A DNA stretch of 64,000 bases from a virus. The position numbers were made by a program, and so were the translations under genes. The notes under the pieces are model-generated. The model saw only the letters and a program-made list of their open reading frames with translations, made no database searches and was not told the DNA's origin. Below are positions 37,214-47,536 of this stretch, piece by piece; positions within the stretch are counted from its first letter, which is position 1; each line of letters opens with the position of its first letter. Location: positions 1 to 64,000 of the IMG/VR virus record IMGVR_UViG_3300025652_000047. One strand, written 5' to 3'.

Positions 37214-37218
37214 GTTTT

Positions 37219-37290
37219 GGCTTAGTAGCTCAACTGGAAGAGCCCTACCTTTTAAGTAGGAAGATATAGGTTCGACTCCTATCTAAGCCA
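37219..37290 (+). tRNA. tRNA-Lys (TTT)
   Basis: GGCTTAG/CTAAGCC acceptor, TAGCTCAACTGGAAGAGC D-arm, CCTAC-CTTTTAA-GTAGG, ATAGG-TTCGACT-CCTAT; CCA not encoded. Confidence 0.92.
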
Positions 37291-37315
37291 CAATAATATA
37301 ACGTATGAAAAACGT

Positions 37316-40300
37316 ATGAAAGAATATAAACATTGGAATTGTGGGCAGCCTGACTGGATAAAGATAGATAATATAAAAGAATTTAATCTAGATGAGGTAA
37401 AGATATTCCACCCACAAGATCCTAGATATGTAGAGTATTGGAAGCAAGAGAAGAAGTACTGTATAGAAGGCAGGTGGGAAAGACAATTTGGAGGATGGAT
37501 GCATATGCCAGGTTGTTTATATTTCTATGGTAAGTTTGGTATAATTGTAGATACAGACAAGTTTACAAAAGTAACTGAAAAAATTAAACCCCTAATCCAG
37601 GACTTAGAGTTTGAACAAGCTTTTATGTTTTGGGAAGCTAGGGGTTTTTCTGGGTATATAGATGACGATGAATATACCTCAGATAACATGTGGTTCAAAT
37701 TCAATGAGAAAGGATTACCTACCACAGAAGAGATAGAGAAAATGGGAGATTCCCAAAGAACTGCAGTTCTTAACCTTATAAATAATAATGGTAATTTAAA
37801 GGAATATCTAACACCAAGAAAGAATTTAAGAAGAATTGCAGAGAAGCCTTTAGGTAGACCTTTGTTTCAAAATGATGCAAAGAATAAAGATACTATGGGT
37901 TGTCATGCTAAAGATAGTAAATTTAGAATGTATGATGGTTCTGTTAAAGAAGTATTTGATATAAAAATTGGGGATGCTTTAATGGGTCCCGATAGTTCTC
38001 CAAGAGAAGTTAATGAAATATTAACTGGAGAGAATGTTATGGTTAAAATTACTCCTAAATATGGAGACGCTTTTAAAATAACTCCAAATCATATTCTTAG
38101 AGTTAGGGAAACTAATAAACATACAAATGAAAAATTAGAATATGATTTACCTGTTTGGGAATATTTAAACAAATCAGATTCTAAAAAATCATTTATAGAA
38201 ATAATAGATAGAAATAAAATTGAATATCCTGAAGTACCTTTAGTTTTAGACCCTTACTTTATAGGACTATGGTTAGGAGATGGGTTTAAAAGAGAGAAAT
38301 TAATATGTATTAATCAAGGTAAAGATAAAGAAATTTTAAATTGGTTATTAGAATATTGTAACTCTAAAGATAATTTGTCATATACTACTTCCGTATCTAA
38401 AAACGGTTTATCAAATGGTTTTACAACTAGATTTAGATTAACAGATTCTAATTTATCAGGTAAAGGAAATTATTGGGCTAAAACTTTTAGAAATAACAAA
38501 CACATACCTAATGAGTATCTTATTAATAGTTTAGATAATAGATTAAAATTATTAGCAGGGTATATTGATTCTGATGGATGTTACGAAAAAAAATCAAATA
38601 GATATACAATTACGTCTGTAGATTTAGATTTATTAACCCAAACGCAAGAGTTAGCAAGATCCTGTGGATTTAGAGCAGAGATAAATAAACCTAGTAAAAC
38701 TGGTATTACTGATTCTTTAAAATATAACTTAAGAATTATAGGAGATATTAATTCTATTCCAGTGAAATTAAGTTATAAAAAAGCAACAGGAATTAGAGAA
38801 AAATTCCATAGAAATACATTTACAACTCAAGTATTACCTCCTGAAAAGTTCTATGGAGTAGAAGTTGATAAAGATCATTTGTATATGCTTGCTGATGGTA
38901 ACAAAGATCACAACAGTAGGGGTGGAGGTAAGAGTTTCTTTGAAGCTGTTGCAGTCCAACTATATACTTTAACTTTTGATGGGGCTACAGAGTATATTAT
39001 AGATCAAGTACAAAAGGTTGAGACTTGTATAGGTTCAGGAGATACTGATAAGTCAGGAGAACTTGTACAGAAAGTAGTAGATGCAATGAATGAGTTTGCT
39101 ATTAACCCTAAGCTAGGAGCATGGGGACAACAGGGAGACTCTGACTGGACTCCTAATCCTTTTTATAGGGATATGAATGGACCAACTAACGCAGGTAACA
39201 AGCAAAAAGGAGGTTGGGTACATAAGTACGAGAAGAAGATTAATGGTAGATGGGTAGATGGATTTGGAACAGGAACAAGAATGTTTCATGTATCTTACTC
39301 TTCAAATAAGAAAGCAGGAGCAGAAGCAGGAGCTGGAGGTAGATATAATGTATCTACAGTAGAGGAAAAAGGTTTAACTATATTACTTATAATGTTGTGG
39401 AACTCAAATAGAGCCACAGTAATGAGAAATGGAGTTCAATTTGGAGTACAATCTTTCTTAGGAACATCTGGTAATGCAGAACTAGTATTACCTTCAAAAG
39501 AGATGTTTACTACTCCTCATGAATTTAACCTAGTAGCTTATCCTGATGTATGGGAAGGCACTGGAGATCTAGGATTCTTTATACCTGCGTATATGACGTA
39601 TAGGCAATTTAAAGATGTAAATGGAAATACAGATGTTAAAGCAGCGAGAGAGCATTGGTTAAAAGGGTATTTAGCAGCAGGAGAATCTGCAAACCCTAAG
39701 ACTCTTAGGATGTACTGTATGAATTATCCTGATATACCATCTCATATGTGGGTAACAGATGCTCAGTATCTTTTACCTTATGAAGAAGCTATAGATAGAG
39801 AGAGGCATTTAATGGATAAGAAGTTATACCAAACCATAGGTACTGCTATAGATTTAAGATGGGATACTTCAAAACAGAATGGAGTTACTTATGATATAGT
39901 ACATAATCCACAGCCTTTCTATGATTTTCCAATTAGGAAGGATATGGAAAGGATGGATGGAGAAATAATGATGTATCAGACTCCACAAGAGATTAGAGGA
40001 GTTGTACCTAATGATATGTATTTCTTTGTACATGATCCATATGTATCAGATAACCAAGAAGACGGGGCTTCATTAGGGGTAACCTATGGATTTTTAAATC
40101 CTAAATATTCAGTAACACATGATGGAAGTCAATTAGTATGTTCATATATAGGAAAGCCAAAAGGAGGAAAAAAAGCATATTATCAAAATTTAGAGAAGTT
40201 ATTAGCTTTCTACGGCAATCCCTTTAGGGGACTAGCATATGAAGCAAACAGAGGAGAGTACTGTAGGTCTTATTTCGAGAAGAAAGGGAAACTACATTTA

Positions 40301-40711
40301 CTAGCTTTAAGACCACAGCATGCAAAGGGAGATGGCATATACGAAAAAAATGTTACTCAATTTGGATATATGGTTGGAGCTAGAGGAGCAATAGGTAAAT
40401 TAACTATGGTAGATGATACTAATGATTTTTTATTATCAGATGTAGTTAGGAGTAATGGTACAAATAAATTAATTGAGACTATACCTTGTATATTTTTAAT
40501 TAGACAAATAGCACAGTTTACATTGAATGGTAACTTTGATGCAGTATCATCTTTAATTTTAGTACCTACATTTATTTCAGAACAAGAGTCCTATATGACT
40601 CAAATTAGAAAACAAAAAGAAACAAACAGATTACAGTTTTTATCAACAAATAGCGCAATACATGACAAGAATAATAGACACAAAGGAAAAGGTATTAACA
40701 GGCTTATCTAA
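37316..40711 (+). CDS. Terminase large subunit (crAss-like), intein-containing
   Basis: YW..E...CIEG...MPG.LYFY, RGGGKS Walker A, EE.G Walker B, GTSG, HDPY nuclease, YEANRG, GNFD.VS. Confidence 0.9.
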   Translation: MKEYKHWNCGQPDWIKIDNIKEFNLDEVKIFHPQDPRYVEYWKQEKKYCIEGRWERQFGGWMHMPGCLYFYGKFGIIVDTDKFTKVTEKIKPLIQDLEFEQAFMFWEARGFSGYIDDDEYTSDNMWFKFNEKGLPTTEEIEKMGDSQRTAVLNLINNNGNLKEYLTPRKNLRRIAEKPLGRPLFQNDAKNKDTMGCHAKDSKFRMYDGSVKEVFDIKIGDALMGPDSSPREVNEILTGENVMVKITPKYGDAFKITPNHILRVRETNKHTNEKLEYDLPVWEYLNKSDSKKSFIEIIDRNKIEYPEVPLVLDPYFIGLWLGDGFKREKLICINQGKDKEILNWLLEYCNSKDNLSYTTSVSKNGLSNGFTTRFRLTDSNLSGKGNYWAKTFRNNKHIPNEYLINSLDNRLKLLAGYIDSDGCYEKKSNRYTITSVDLDLLTQTQELARSCGFRAEINKPSKTGITDSLKYNLRIIGDINSIPVKLSYKKATGIREKFHRNTFTTQVLPPEKFYGVEVDKDHLYMLADGNKDHNSRGGGKSFFEAVAVQLYTLTFDGATEYIIDQVQKVETCIGSGDTDKSGELVQKVVDAMNEFAINPKLGAWGQQGDSDWTPNPFYRDMNGPTNAGNKQKGGWVHKYEKKINGRWVDGFGTGTRMFHVSYSSNKKAGAEAGAGGRYNVSTVEEKGLTILLIMLWNSNRATVMRNGVQFGVQSFLGTSGNAELVLPSKEMFTTPHEFNLVAYPDVWEGTGDLGFFIPAYMTYRQFKDVNGNTDVKAAREHWLKGYLAAGESANPKTLRMYCMNYPDIPSHMWVTDAQYLLPYEEAIDRERHLMDKKLYQTIGTAIDLRWDTSKQNGVTYDIVHNPQPFYDFPIRKDMERMDGEIMMYQTPQEIRGVVPNDMYFFVHDPYVSDNQEDGASLGVTYGFLNPKYSVTHDGSQLVCSYIGKPKGGKKAYYQNLEKLLAFYGNPFRGLAYEANRGEYCRSYFEKKGKLHLLALRPQHAKGDGIYEKNVTQFGYMVGARGAIGKLTMVDDTNDFLLSDVVRSNGTNKLIETIPCIFLIRQIAQFTLNGNFDAVSSLILVPTFISEQESYMTQIRKQKETNRLQFLSTNSAIHDKNNRHKGKGINRLI
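37901..38914 (+). mobile_element. Intein (338 aa) with LAGLIDADG homing endonuclease
   Basis: MG|CHAKDS...TPNHIL...FIGLWLGDG...LLAGYIDSDG...FYG.EVD.DH.Y.L.DG..DHN|S. Confidence 0.93.
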
Positions 40712-42071
40712 AGCTGCAGATGTAGTAGCCTCCACAATGGGAGCACATGGTAAGTATGTACTTATAAACAAGAATGGAGAATCTAGGTTTACAAAAGATG
40801 GAGTATCAGTAGCAGAAGAAATTATACTAAGAGATCCTGTAGAAAATATAGGTGCACAGTTAGTTATTAATTCTGCTAAAAAAACAGTAGAAGACTGTGG
40901 GGATGGTACAACTGCAACTTCAGTATTACTACGAGCAATGGCTAATAGAGATATTCCTACTAATACAAGGGAGTATGTATCTAAATTAAAGGAAGATATA
41001 GAAACAGTTATTTCCAAAGTAGAGTCAAGTTCTAAAGAGTTAAAGACTCTAGATGAATTAGAATCTATAGCCTCTACGTCTGGTAATTCTAAAGAAGTAG
41101 GACAAATACTTAAAACTGTATATGAGCAAGTAGGATTAGAGTCTAGAGTTACTTTAGAAGAAGACGAAGATTCTACAGAAACATATTATGAAGTTGCTAG
41201 AGGAGTTGAATTTATAGGTAATACAGGATATATTTCTGAGAGGTTTAAAAATCAACGTAATGGATACTGTATATTTGAGAATGCATTAGTTATTATAGAT
41301 GAAAATAAAAGTTCAGACCATACTACATATACGGAAGCTATAAAAGCTGCCAATGCTATGGGAGCACCTTTAGTAATAATTTCACCTAATTTTTCTAATG
41401 CAGTAATATCTACTATAGCTGCAAATATGTCTAAGGGATTAAAAGCTTGTTTGGTAAGTGCTCCAGGTTGGGGTAGAAATCAAAAAGAGAATTTTAGAGA
41501 TATAGAAGCTCTTAGAAATGAAAAGTGGCTAGTAGATAAAATAGTTATTACTCCAGTAGCATTTACTATCTTCACAGAGAGCAAAGAAGGTATAGATGAG
41601 AGAATCAAAGAAGTAGAAGATTCATTCGATGGGTATATAGAAGACCATGAAGTAAGATTTGCTGAAGTAAGAATAAATAAACTAAGAGGTTCCACTGCTA
41701 TTATATATGTAGGAGGAATAACAGAAAAGAACAGACAAGAAGAGTTTGATAGAATAGAAGATGCTCTAGGAGCTGTACAGACAGCCATAGAGGGAGGATA
41801 TGTAAAAGGAGGGGGTATCGCACTAGCTGAAGCCGCAAAAGGCTCTCAGATTGAGGATATATGTTTCTCTCCAGCATTCCAGATTAAAAGTAATGCAGAG
41901 TTAGACCAGACTATTGAAGAAGTCAATGTGCTTACTAAGAACCCATGTAATCTTTTAAAAGAAGGTATTATAGATCCTACTCCAGTAGTAGTTCAATCCT
42001 TAAAGAATGCATTTGCATCTTATGAGTTACTTTTAAACACAAATTATATACTAAATAATGAGAGCATTTAA
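40662..42071 (+). CDS. groEL: GroEL-like chaperonin
   Basis: V.STMG..G..V, TKDGVSVA, GDGTTAT, APGWG, I.VGG.TE....E..DRIEDAL.A...A...G.V.GGG.AL, GIIDP. Confidence 0.92.
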   Translation: MTRIIDTKEKVLTGLSKAADVVASTMGAHGKYVLINKNGESRFTKDGVSVAEEIILRDPVENIGAQLVINSAKKTVEDCGDGTTATSVLLRAMANRDIPTNTREYVSKLKEDIETVISKVESSSKELKTLDELESIASTSGNSKEVGQILKTVYEQVGLESRVTLEEDEDSTETYYEVARGVEFIGNTGYISERFKNQRNGYCIFENALVIIDENKSSDHTTYTEAIKAANAMGAPLVIISPNFSNAVISTIAANMSKGLKACLVSAPGWGRNQKENFRDIEALRNEKWLVDKIVITPVAFTIFTESKEGIDERIKEVEDSFDGYIEDHEVRFAEVRINKLRGSTAIIYVGGITEKNRQEEFDRIEDALGAVQTAIEGGYVKGGGIALAEAAKGSQIEDICFSPAFQIKSNAELDQTIEEVNVLTKNPCNLLKEGIIDPTPVVVQSLKNAFASYELLLNTNYILNNESI

Positions 42072-44646
42072 TACAGCGAATATACCGCTAAATTTAAAAG
42101 TACCAGATTCTAAGAAAGTTAAGGACTGGTATATAGATTACATGGAGTACTCCGTCCCTTATAAAGACGCATATATAGAAGACTACAACAGACTCCATAA
42201 GAATTACCAGATTTACAATGGAGATTTGTCAAGCATAAAAGAGGAGACAAAGAAAGTTTGTAATCCTTTAGGAGTCTATTCAGACTTTAACATAGAGGAA
42301 GAGTTAGTATCTTACCCTAAATTGCATAACCTAGTTAACATTCTAAAAGGTGAGAAACTAAAAAGGGTAGAGGATTTCAAGGTTATGATTCTTTCTGCTA
42401 AAGCAATTAAAGATAAAAATGAGCAGTTATTAGCTGCTATAAGTGCATCTGTAGAGGAAAGGGTACAGATTAAGATACAGGAGATGCAGGCACGTATGGA
42501 AGGTATGCCACCTACTGAGATTGAAAAAATGATCCAAGAGCTGCGGACACAAGAAGAGCCAGCAGATATTAGATTAAAAAACTTTACATCTGAATGGGAA
42601 ATATTTTACTCGCATGCTTTAAAATTCTGTAAGACCACTCAAGAGACTAAAGCAAAGGAGCTTGATACAATTGCAGATTTAATTATAAATGATAGGTTCT
42701 TTGTTCACTCAGGATGGAAACATGGAGTACCTGTAGTAGAAGTATGGAATCCTTTAAGCACTAAGTTTCATAAATCTCCTAATGAGCCTAAGATACACAA
42801 AGGAGATTGGATTGCACATATAGATACTCTTTCTCCAGCTCAAGTAATAGAAGAGTACATAGATGATCTTTCTGATAAAGAGATAGAAGAGTATTCATTT
42901 ATATCTAGTTCAATTAGAGACAAAAGAAATTCATTAGGTGTAGGGTCTAGAAGTATCCAAGGGTATGAAAAAGACTATGACTATTTAGAAGAGTTATATG
43001 ATGAAAATATAGCAAATCAAAAGAGATCTGATGGGTTATATCAAAGTCAAAATTTAAGAGAAAATCAGTTAGTTACTAGGACTAGGTTTGAGTTCAAGGC
43101 GTTTAAGCCTGTGTACTTTATGAGTTATATTAATGAATTAGGAGAGAAGCTTACTTTACTAGTAAGAAATGACTTTGAGATTCCTAAAACTGCAGAGAAA
43201 GTAAAGTTTACTAATAAATTTGGACATAAGACTTCTAAGTATGTATGGATGGATGATGATTCTGAATATACAGCAGAGGAGATCTGGATACCAAGAAAAT
43301 ATGAAATAACTAGATTAGACTCTGATAAGTATTTAAGATATAGAGAAGTACCTTACCAAACTACCAACTTAGAAAATCCTTATGCTAATTTTTCTTTATC
43401 TACTAAAGGAATTGTTTTAACAGCTAGGAATGCAGATTCAGTATCTTTATTTGAACGAGCATTGCCATTATATATGCAGTACTTGTTTGTAAAGAATATA
43501 CAGAATAGAGAGTTAGCAAAGTATGAAGGGTATGTACAAAATATAGATATTGATCAAATACCAGAGTCTTTAGGTAAAGATGTTGATGGAGAGATTATTA
43601 ATGATCCTCTAAAGGTAGCACTAGTTTACCAAAGATATTTAGGTAAGAACTTTTATTCTGGATCTCAAGTAGGAGTATCTGGGTTACCTAATCCTCAAAG
43701 AACACCTGGAGGACATGGTATGATGTTATCTACTGCTAATGAAATATATCTTCTACAGCAGTTATTAGAGTTATTAGAAAGAGAAATGTCTATGTCTATG
43801 GGAATAAGTCCACAAAGACAAGCTGCATTTAGTTCTAATTCAAATGTATCTGATAACCAACAAGCTATTGCTCAATCTCACCATATTACTGAGCCATTGT
43901 TTTTTGCACACTCTCAAGTATGGGCAGATGTATTTAATGACTACTTAGGTAACTTTAGAACTTATGCAGAGAGAGTATTACTAGAAGATAAAGAAGAACA
44001 TTCATTAGAGTACTTACTTGAAGATGGTACTAGAGAGTTATTTAAAATAACTAATAAATCTGTAGAAATGCTAAATACTATGGTATTCTGTACTAATACA
44101 GGTAATAACATAGAGTATCAGAACTATATGAAGCAGAACTCTCAAGCTTTTTCTCAAAACCCAGATGGTATGGAATCAGTATCAATGTTACTGAAGTCTA
44201 TTACATCAGGACAGTCTGCAGAAGAGACACATAAGTTAATTCAGTTAGAAATTAAAAAGCAACAAGATAGAATGCAAGCAAATCAAGAAGCTAGTATCCA
44301 ATCTCAAGAGAAGATGGCACAGATGCAGAAAGAACAAGTAGAAGATGCACAAGCTCACGAAATACAGTTAATGGGTATGCGTAATGCATCTAGTGAGAAA
44401 ATAGCTGCTATGAATAATACAGCTAGATCTGAAGATAAAGATGCTGACAATGATGGAGTGCCTGATTACATGGAAGTATTAAAGTTAGGTCAAGATGCAG
44501 AGATTAAAAGTAGAGAGTTAGATATTAAAGACCGTGATATGGATATCAAAGAATCTAAACTTAGGAGTGAAAAGGAGATTAAAGAAAAAGATATTGCTAG
44601 TAAAGAGAAAATAGCAGCATCTAAATCTACTCAAAATAGTAATTAA
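42058..44646 (+). CDS. Portal protein (crAss-like)
   Basis: Size and position after the terminase; YP.L..VN.L.GE, GISPQR, SH.ITEP.F, C-terminal D.D.DGVPD and coiled tail. Confidence 0.85.
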   Translation: MRAFNTANIPLNLKVPDSKKVKDWYIDYMEYSVPYKDAYIEDYNRLHKNYQIYNGDLSSIKEETKKVCNPLGVYSDFNIEEELVSYPKLHNLVNILKGEKLKRVEDFKVMILSAKAIKDKNEQLLAAISASVEERVQIKIQEMQARMEGMPPTEIEKMIQELRTQEEPADIRLKNFTSEWEIFYSHALKFCKTTQETKAKELDTIADLIINDRFFVHSGWKHGVPVVEVWNPLSTKFHKSPNEPKIHKGDWIAHIDTLSPAQVIEEYIDDLSDKEIEEYSFISSSIRDKRNSLGVGSRSIQGYEKDYDYLEELYDENIANQKRSDGLYQSQNLRENQLVTRTRFEFKAFKPVYFMSYINELGEKLTLLVRNDFEIPKTAEKVKFTNKFGHKTSKYVWMDDDSEYTAEEIWIPRKYEITRLDSDKYLRYREVPYQTTNLENPYANFSLSTKGIVLTARNADSVSLFERALPLYMQYLFVKNIQNRELAKYEGYVQNIDIDQIPESLGKDVDGEIINDPLKVALVYQRYLGKNFYSGSQVGVSGLPNPQRTPGGHGMMLSTANEIYLLQQLLELLEREMSMSMGISPQRQAAFSSNSNVSDNQQAIAQSHHITEPLFFAHSQVWADVFNDYLGNFRTYAERVLLEDKEEHSLEYLLEDGTRELFKITNKSVEMLNTMVFCTNTGNNIEYQNYMKQNSQAFSQNPDGMESVSMLLKSITSGQSAEETHKLIQLEIKKQQDRMQANQEASIQSQEKMAQMQKEQVEDAQAHEIQLMGMRNASSEKIAAMNNTARSEDKDADNDGVPDYMEVLKLGQDAEIKSRELDIKDRDMDIKESKLRSEKEIKEKDIASKEKIAASKSTQNSN

Positions 44647-44750
44647 TTTTACTAAAAGTTAAATATGTTTGGAACTTCAAATAGTGTCTAGTATACATTT
44701 TGAAGTTTCAACATATTATATTATATTTATAAAACATAAAAAGAAAAATT

Positions 44751-45776
44751 ATGGAAAATACGTTTGAGATTCCACTAGTGGATGACCTATTAGACAATGA
44801 AGATGTAGAAGTAATAACAGACCCTGACTTTTACAAGGATGGTGATGTAGATAGTTCTACAGAAAAGGAAGATACTATAGAAGAAGATAGTATTTCCTCT
44901 ACAGAAGATGTAGAAGATGCAGAAGTAGAAGAAGAAATTGCAGTTAATGAAGATCCTACTGCTGTTGGTACATATAAGACTTTAATAGATAAAGGTTTTA
45001 TATCCGAAAGGGAGGACTGGGATGGAACATTTGATAAATTAGATGAAATCTTTGATGAGATTCCAGAAAATGTAAAGAATGATATTCTATCTAATACTAA
45101 CCCTAAAGGTAAGCAGATAATGGAATTTATCATGAATAAAGGTCACGACCTTGATGATGATGATATCCAAGGATTTCTAAACCTTTACAGTCAACCAACT
45201 GAAGTTGATTCAATAAGTGCAGCAAAAGACATAATTACTGCACAATTAAAGTCTCAAGGATTTGATGATGATATGATCGAATCTAATATTGACCTTTTAG
45301 AGTCCAAAGACTACGAAGGGGAAGCTTTAAAAGAACTAGCTAATAAATATGTTAAGGGTACTGCACAGGATCCAGACAAAGTATTAGAAGCTCAGAGACA
45401 AGAACAGATGGAGCTAGAAGCTGCACAAAGGGAATTTACTAATCATTTATATGATAATATAGATAATAATAAATACCCAAAAAGAACAAAAGAAGCTATA
45501 AAAGCTAATTATAGAAGTAATGCATATGTAGATAGATTTACAGAAGCATTTACGAATCCAGAAGCATTAGTACAATTAATAACATTAAGCCAGTACTATG
45601 ATTCAAAGACAAAAACATTTGACCTGACCGAGTTTGCAAAAGTAGCAGCTTCTAAGCAGGTAGAAAAATTAAAAGACAACTCCATTAGGCAAAACTATAG
45701 TTCAACGACACAAAATGGTCAAAAAGCTAAAGGAAAGTCTAGCCCAATGGATGATGTTCAATTTGTTAATCCTTAA
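44751..45776 (+). CDS. Capsid scaffolding protein (putative)
   Basis: Highly acidic, helical; between portal and MCP. Confidence 0.65.
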   Translation: MENTFEIPLVDDLLDNEDVEVITDPDFYKDGDVDSSTEKEDTIEEDSISSTEDVEDAEVEEEIAVNEDPTAVGTYKTLIDKGFISEREDWDGTFDKLDEIFDEIPENVKNDILSNTNPKGKQIMEFIMNKGHDLDDDDIQGFLNLYSQPTEVDSISAAKDIITAQLKSQGFDDDMIESNIDLLESKDYEGEALKELANKYVKGTAQDPDKVLEAQRQEQMELEAAQREFTNHLYDNIDNNKYPKRTKEAIKANYRSNAYVDRFTEAFTNPEALVQLITLSQYYDSKTKTFDLTEFAKVAASKQVEKLKDNSIRQNYSSTTQNGQKAKGKSSPMDDVQFVNP

Positions 45777-45792
45777 TATAAATAAATAAAAA

Positions 45793-47421
45793 ATGAGTAC
45801 ATTTAGAAAAACCGCATTGGAGTTTACACGAAGAGAAACTCTTGGAGGTTCATTTCAGGACTCATTCTCACATGCGCAGATGTTTAAAAAGTATGGTCCT
45901 CACAACTTCGGTGTGAGAGGAGCACAACTGTTTTCATCTAAACCTGGGTCACATTTACTTAATAAAAAATTCCTTTACATGACTAAAGGAAATAATAACG
46001 TACATACACTCCGTCCAGGAGTTGATGATTATAAGTGGGCTTTGATTAGTGAGACTGAGACAGCATTTACTATTACTGATGTTCTAGTACCCCTAGACAG
46101 TAAACCAGGTAGAGCTGGGCTATCCTTTATGATTGGACTTGATACTCCACATGTACATGAGCCTACAGTACTTAAAACTGAAAGTTCTGATGCACCTATG
46201 ATGAAAATTATAGGACATGGTAAAAGAGTATCTGATAATAATTATCACTATGTAGTAGAACTACAAGATGGAGATCCAAGTTCATGGATAGATATCAAAT
46301 ACCTAATGCCAGGTAGAAAAGTTATTGATGCAACTACACAAGTAGCAACAGAACTTAACACAAAATATTCAGCTCCTATTTTTAATCAAATGTTTGAACT
46401 ACAATCTGTAGTTGGTGCATTTGCTAGAAAAGTAGAAGTTACTGATAAATTTATCAGACTAGAGATGGGTTGTAGACAAGGTGGTTCTGCATCTGGTATG
46501 TCTTACTCTGATGGTACAAGCTCTCACAATGGAGAAGCTCTAGGAGTAGGGTATATGTATTACTCTGAAACTAAGAACCTTGGAAACAAAGGTAAAGGTG
46601 GAAAGAGTACTAGAGTAATGGCTGGTACATATCTTACTAAGATGGAATCTATTCTAGAAGAAAGAATTCACAGAGATGTTGAATTCAATATGGAATGGGG
46701 TCGTCTACAGTTCTCACAAGATCATGATTCTGGAAGACCTATCAAAACACCTCCAGGATGGAGACAGTTAGTAAAAGATGGTAACTTCTATTCTCATAAT
46801 GGTTCGTTAACTCTTTCAGATTTATCTGAATACCTAATGTCTGTATTTATTACAAGACGAGATTTCTCTGATAGATTGATTATTCTTTCTACAGGAGAAG
46901 CAGGAGTTGACTTCTTCCACAGATTAATTGCAAGAGAAGCTTCACAGTTCCAATATGTAACTGTTGATGATAAGTTTATCCGTAATGTAGATTCTAGATT
47001 CCACCAAAACTCTTTAGAGTATGGATCTCAGTTTACATCTATTAGACTTACAAACGGTCTAGTGATCCAAGTTCAACATGATCCAATTAAAGATGATAGA
47101 AATCTATTCTCTGAAATGGCTCCAGGAGCTGACAGAACATTAGAAAGTTATGCATATGATATCTTTGATTTCGGAGCTACTGACCAAAAAGCAGCAGCAG
47201 CAGGAAATGCTAACATTACATGTATACAAGAAGGTGGAGTAGAATCTTACTACACAGTATCTAACATATACGATCCTGTTACAGGAGCAATCAATGACGG
47301 TTCAAATGCCTATTCTAATAATAAGAAAATGGGTATGTATAGAGAAATGTCAAGTGGGCTTTGTGTATGGGATACAGAAAGAATTGGTAGAATTGAATTT
47401 GATCCTACTTTAGATTACTAA
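45793..47421 (+). CDS. Major capsid protein (crAss-like HK97 fold)
   Basis: YKW.L, Y.V.LQ, G...PG.RQ..K, TGEAG...F...I, YG.QFT......G..I.V.H.P..D, ESY....FD. Confidence 0.85.
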   Translation: MSTFRKTALEFTRRETLGGSFQDSFSHAQMFKKYGPHNFGVRGAQLFSSKPGSHLLNKKFLYMTKGNNNVHTLRPGVDDYKWALISETETAFTITDVLVPLDSKPGRAGLSFMIGLDTPHVHEPTVLKTESSDAPMMKIIGHGKRVSDNNYHYVVELQDGDPSSWIDIKYLMPGRKVIDATTQVATELNTKYSAPIFNQMFELQSVVGAFARKVEVTDKFIRLEMGCRQGGSASGMSYSDGTSSHNGEALGVGYMYYSETKNLGNKGKGGKSTRVMAGTYLTKMESILEERIHRDVEFNMEWGRLQFSQDHDSGRPIKTPPGWRQLVKDGNFYSHNGSLTLSDLSEYLMSVFITRRDFSDRLIILSTGEAGVDFFHRLIAREASQFQYVTVDDKFIRNVDSRFHQNSLEYGSQFTSIRLTNGLVIQVQHDPIKDDRNLFSEMAPGADRTLESYAYDIFDFGATDQKAAAAGNANITCIQEGGVESYYTVSNIYDPVTGAINDGSNAYSNNKKMGMYREMSSGLCVWDTERIGRIEFDPTLDY

Positions 47422-47473
47422 AAATCGCTATCTGTTTTTGATTATATATAGATAATCAAACTGGAGATTGGTT

Positions 47474-47509
47474 ATAGGTGACAACATGAAAAGGAACCTA
47501 TTTTTTTTA
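47474..47509 (+). terminator. Probable terminator after MCP
   Basis: ATAGGT...ACCTAT followed by a T9 tract. Confidence 0.5.
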
Positions 47510-47536
47510 AATTAACAACGAAAAAGTTAAAATGAT

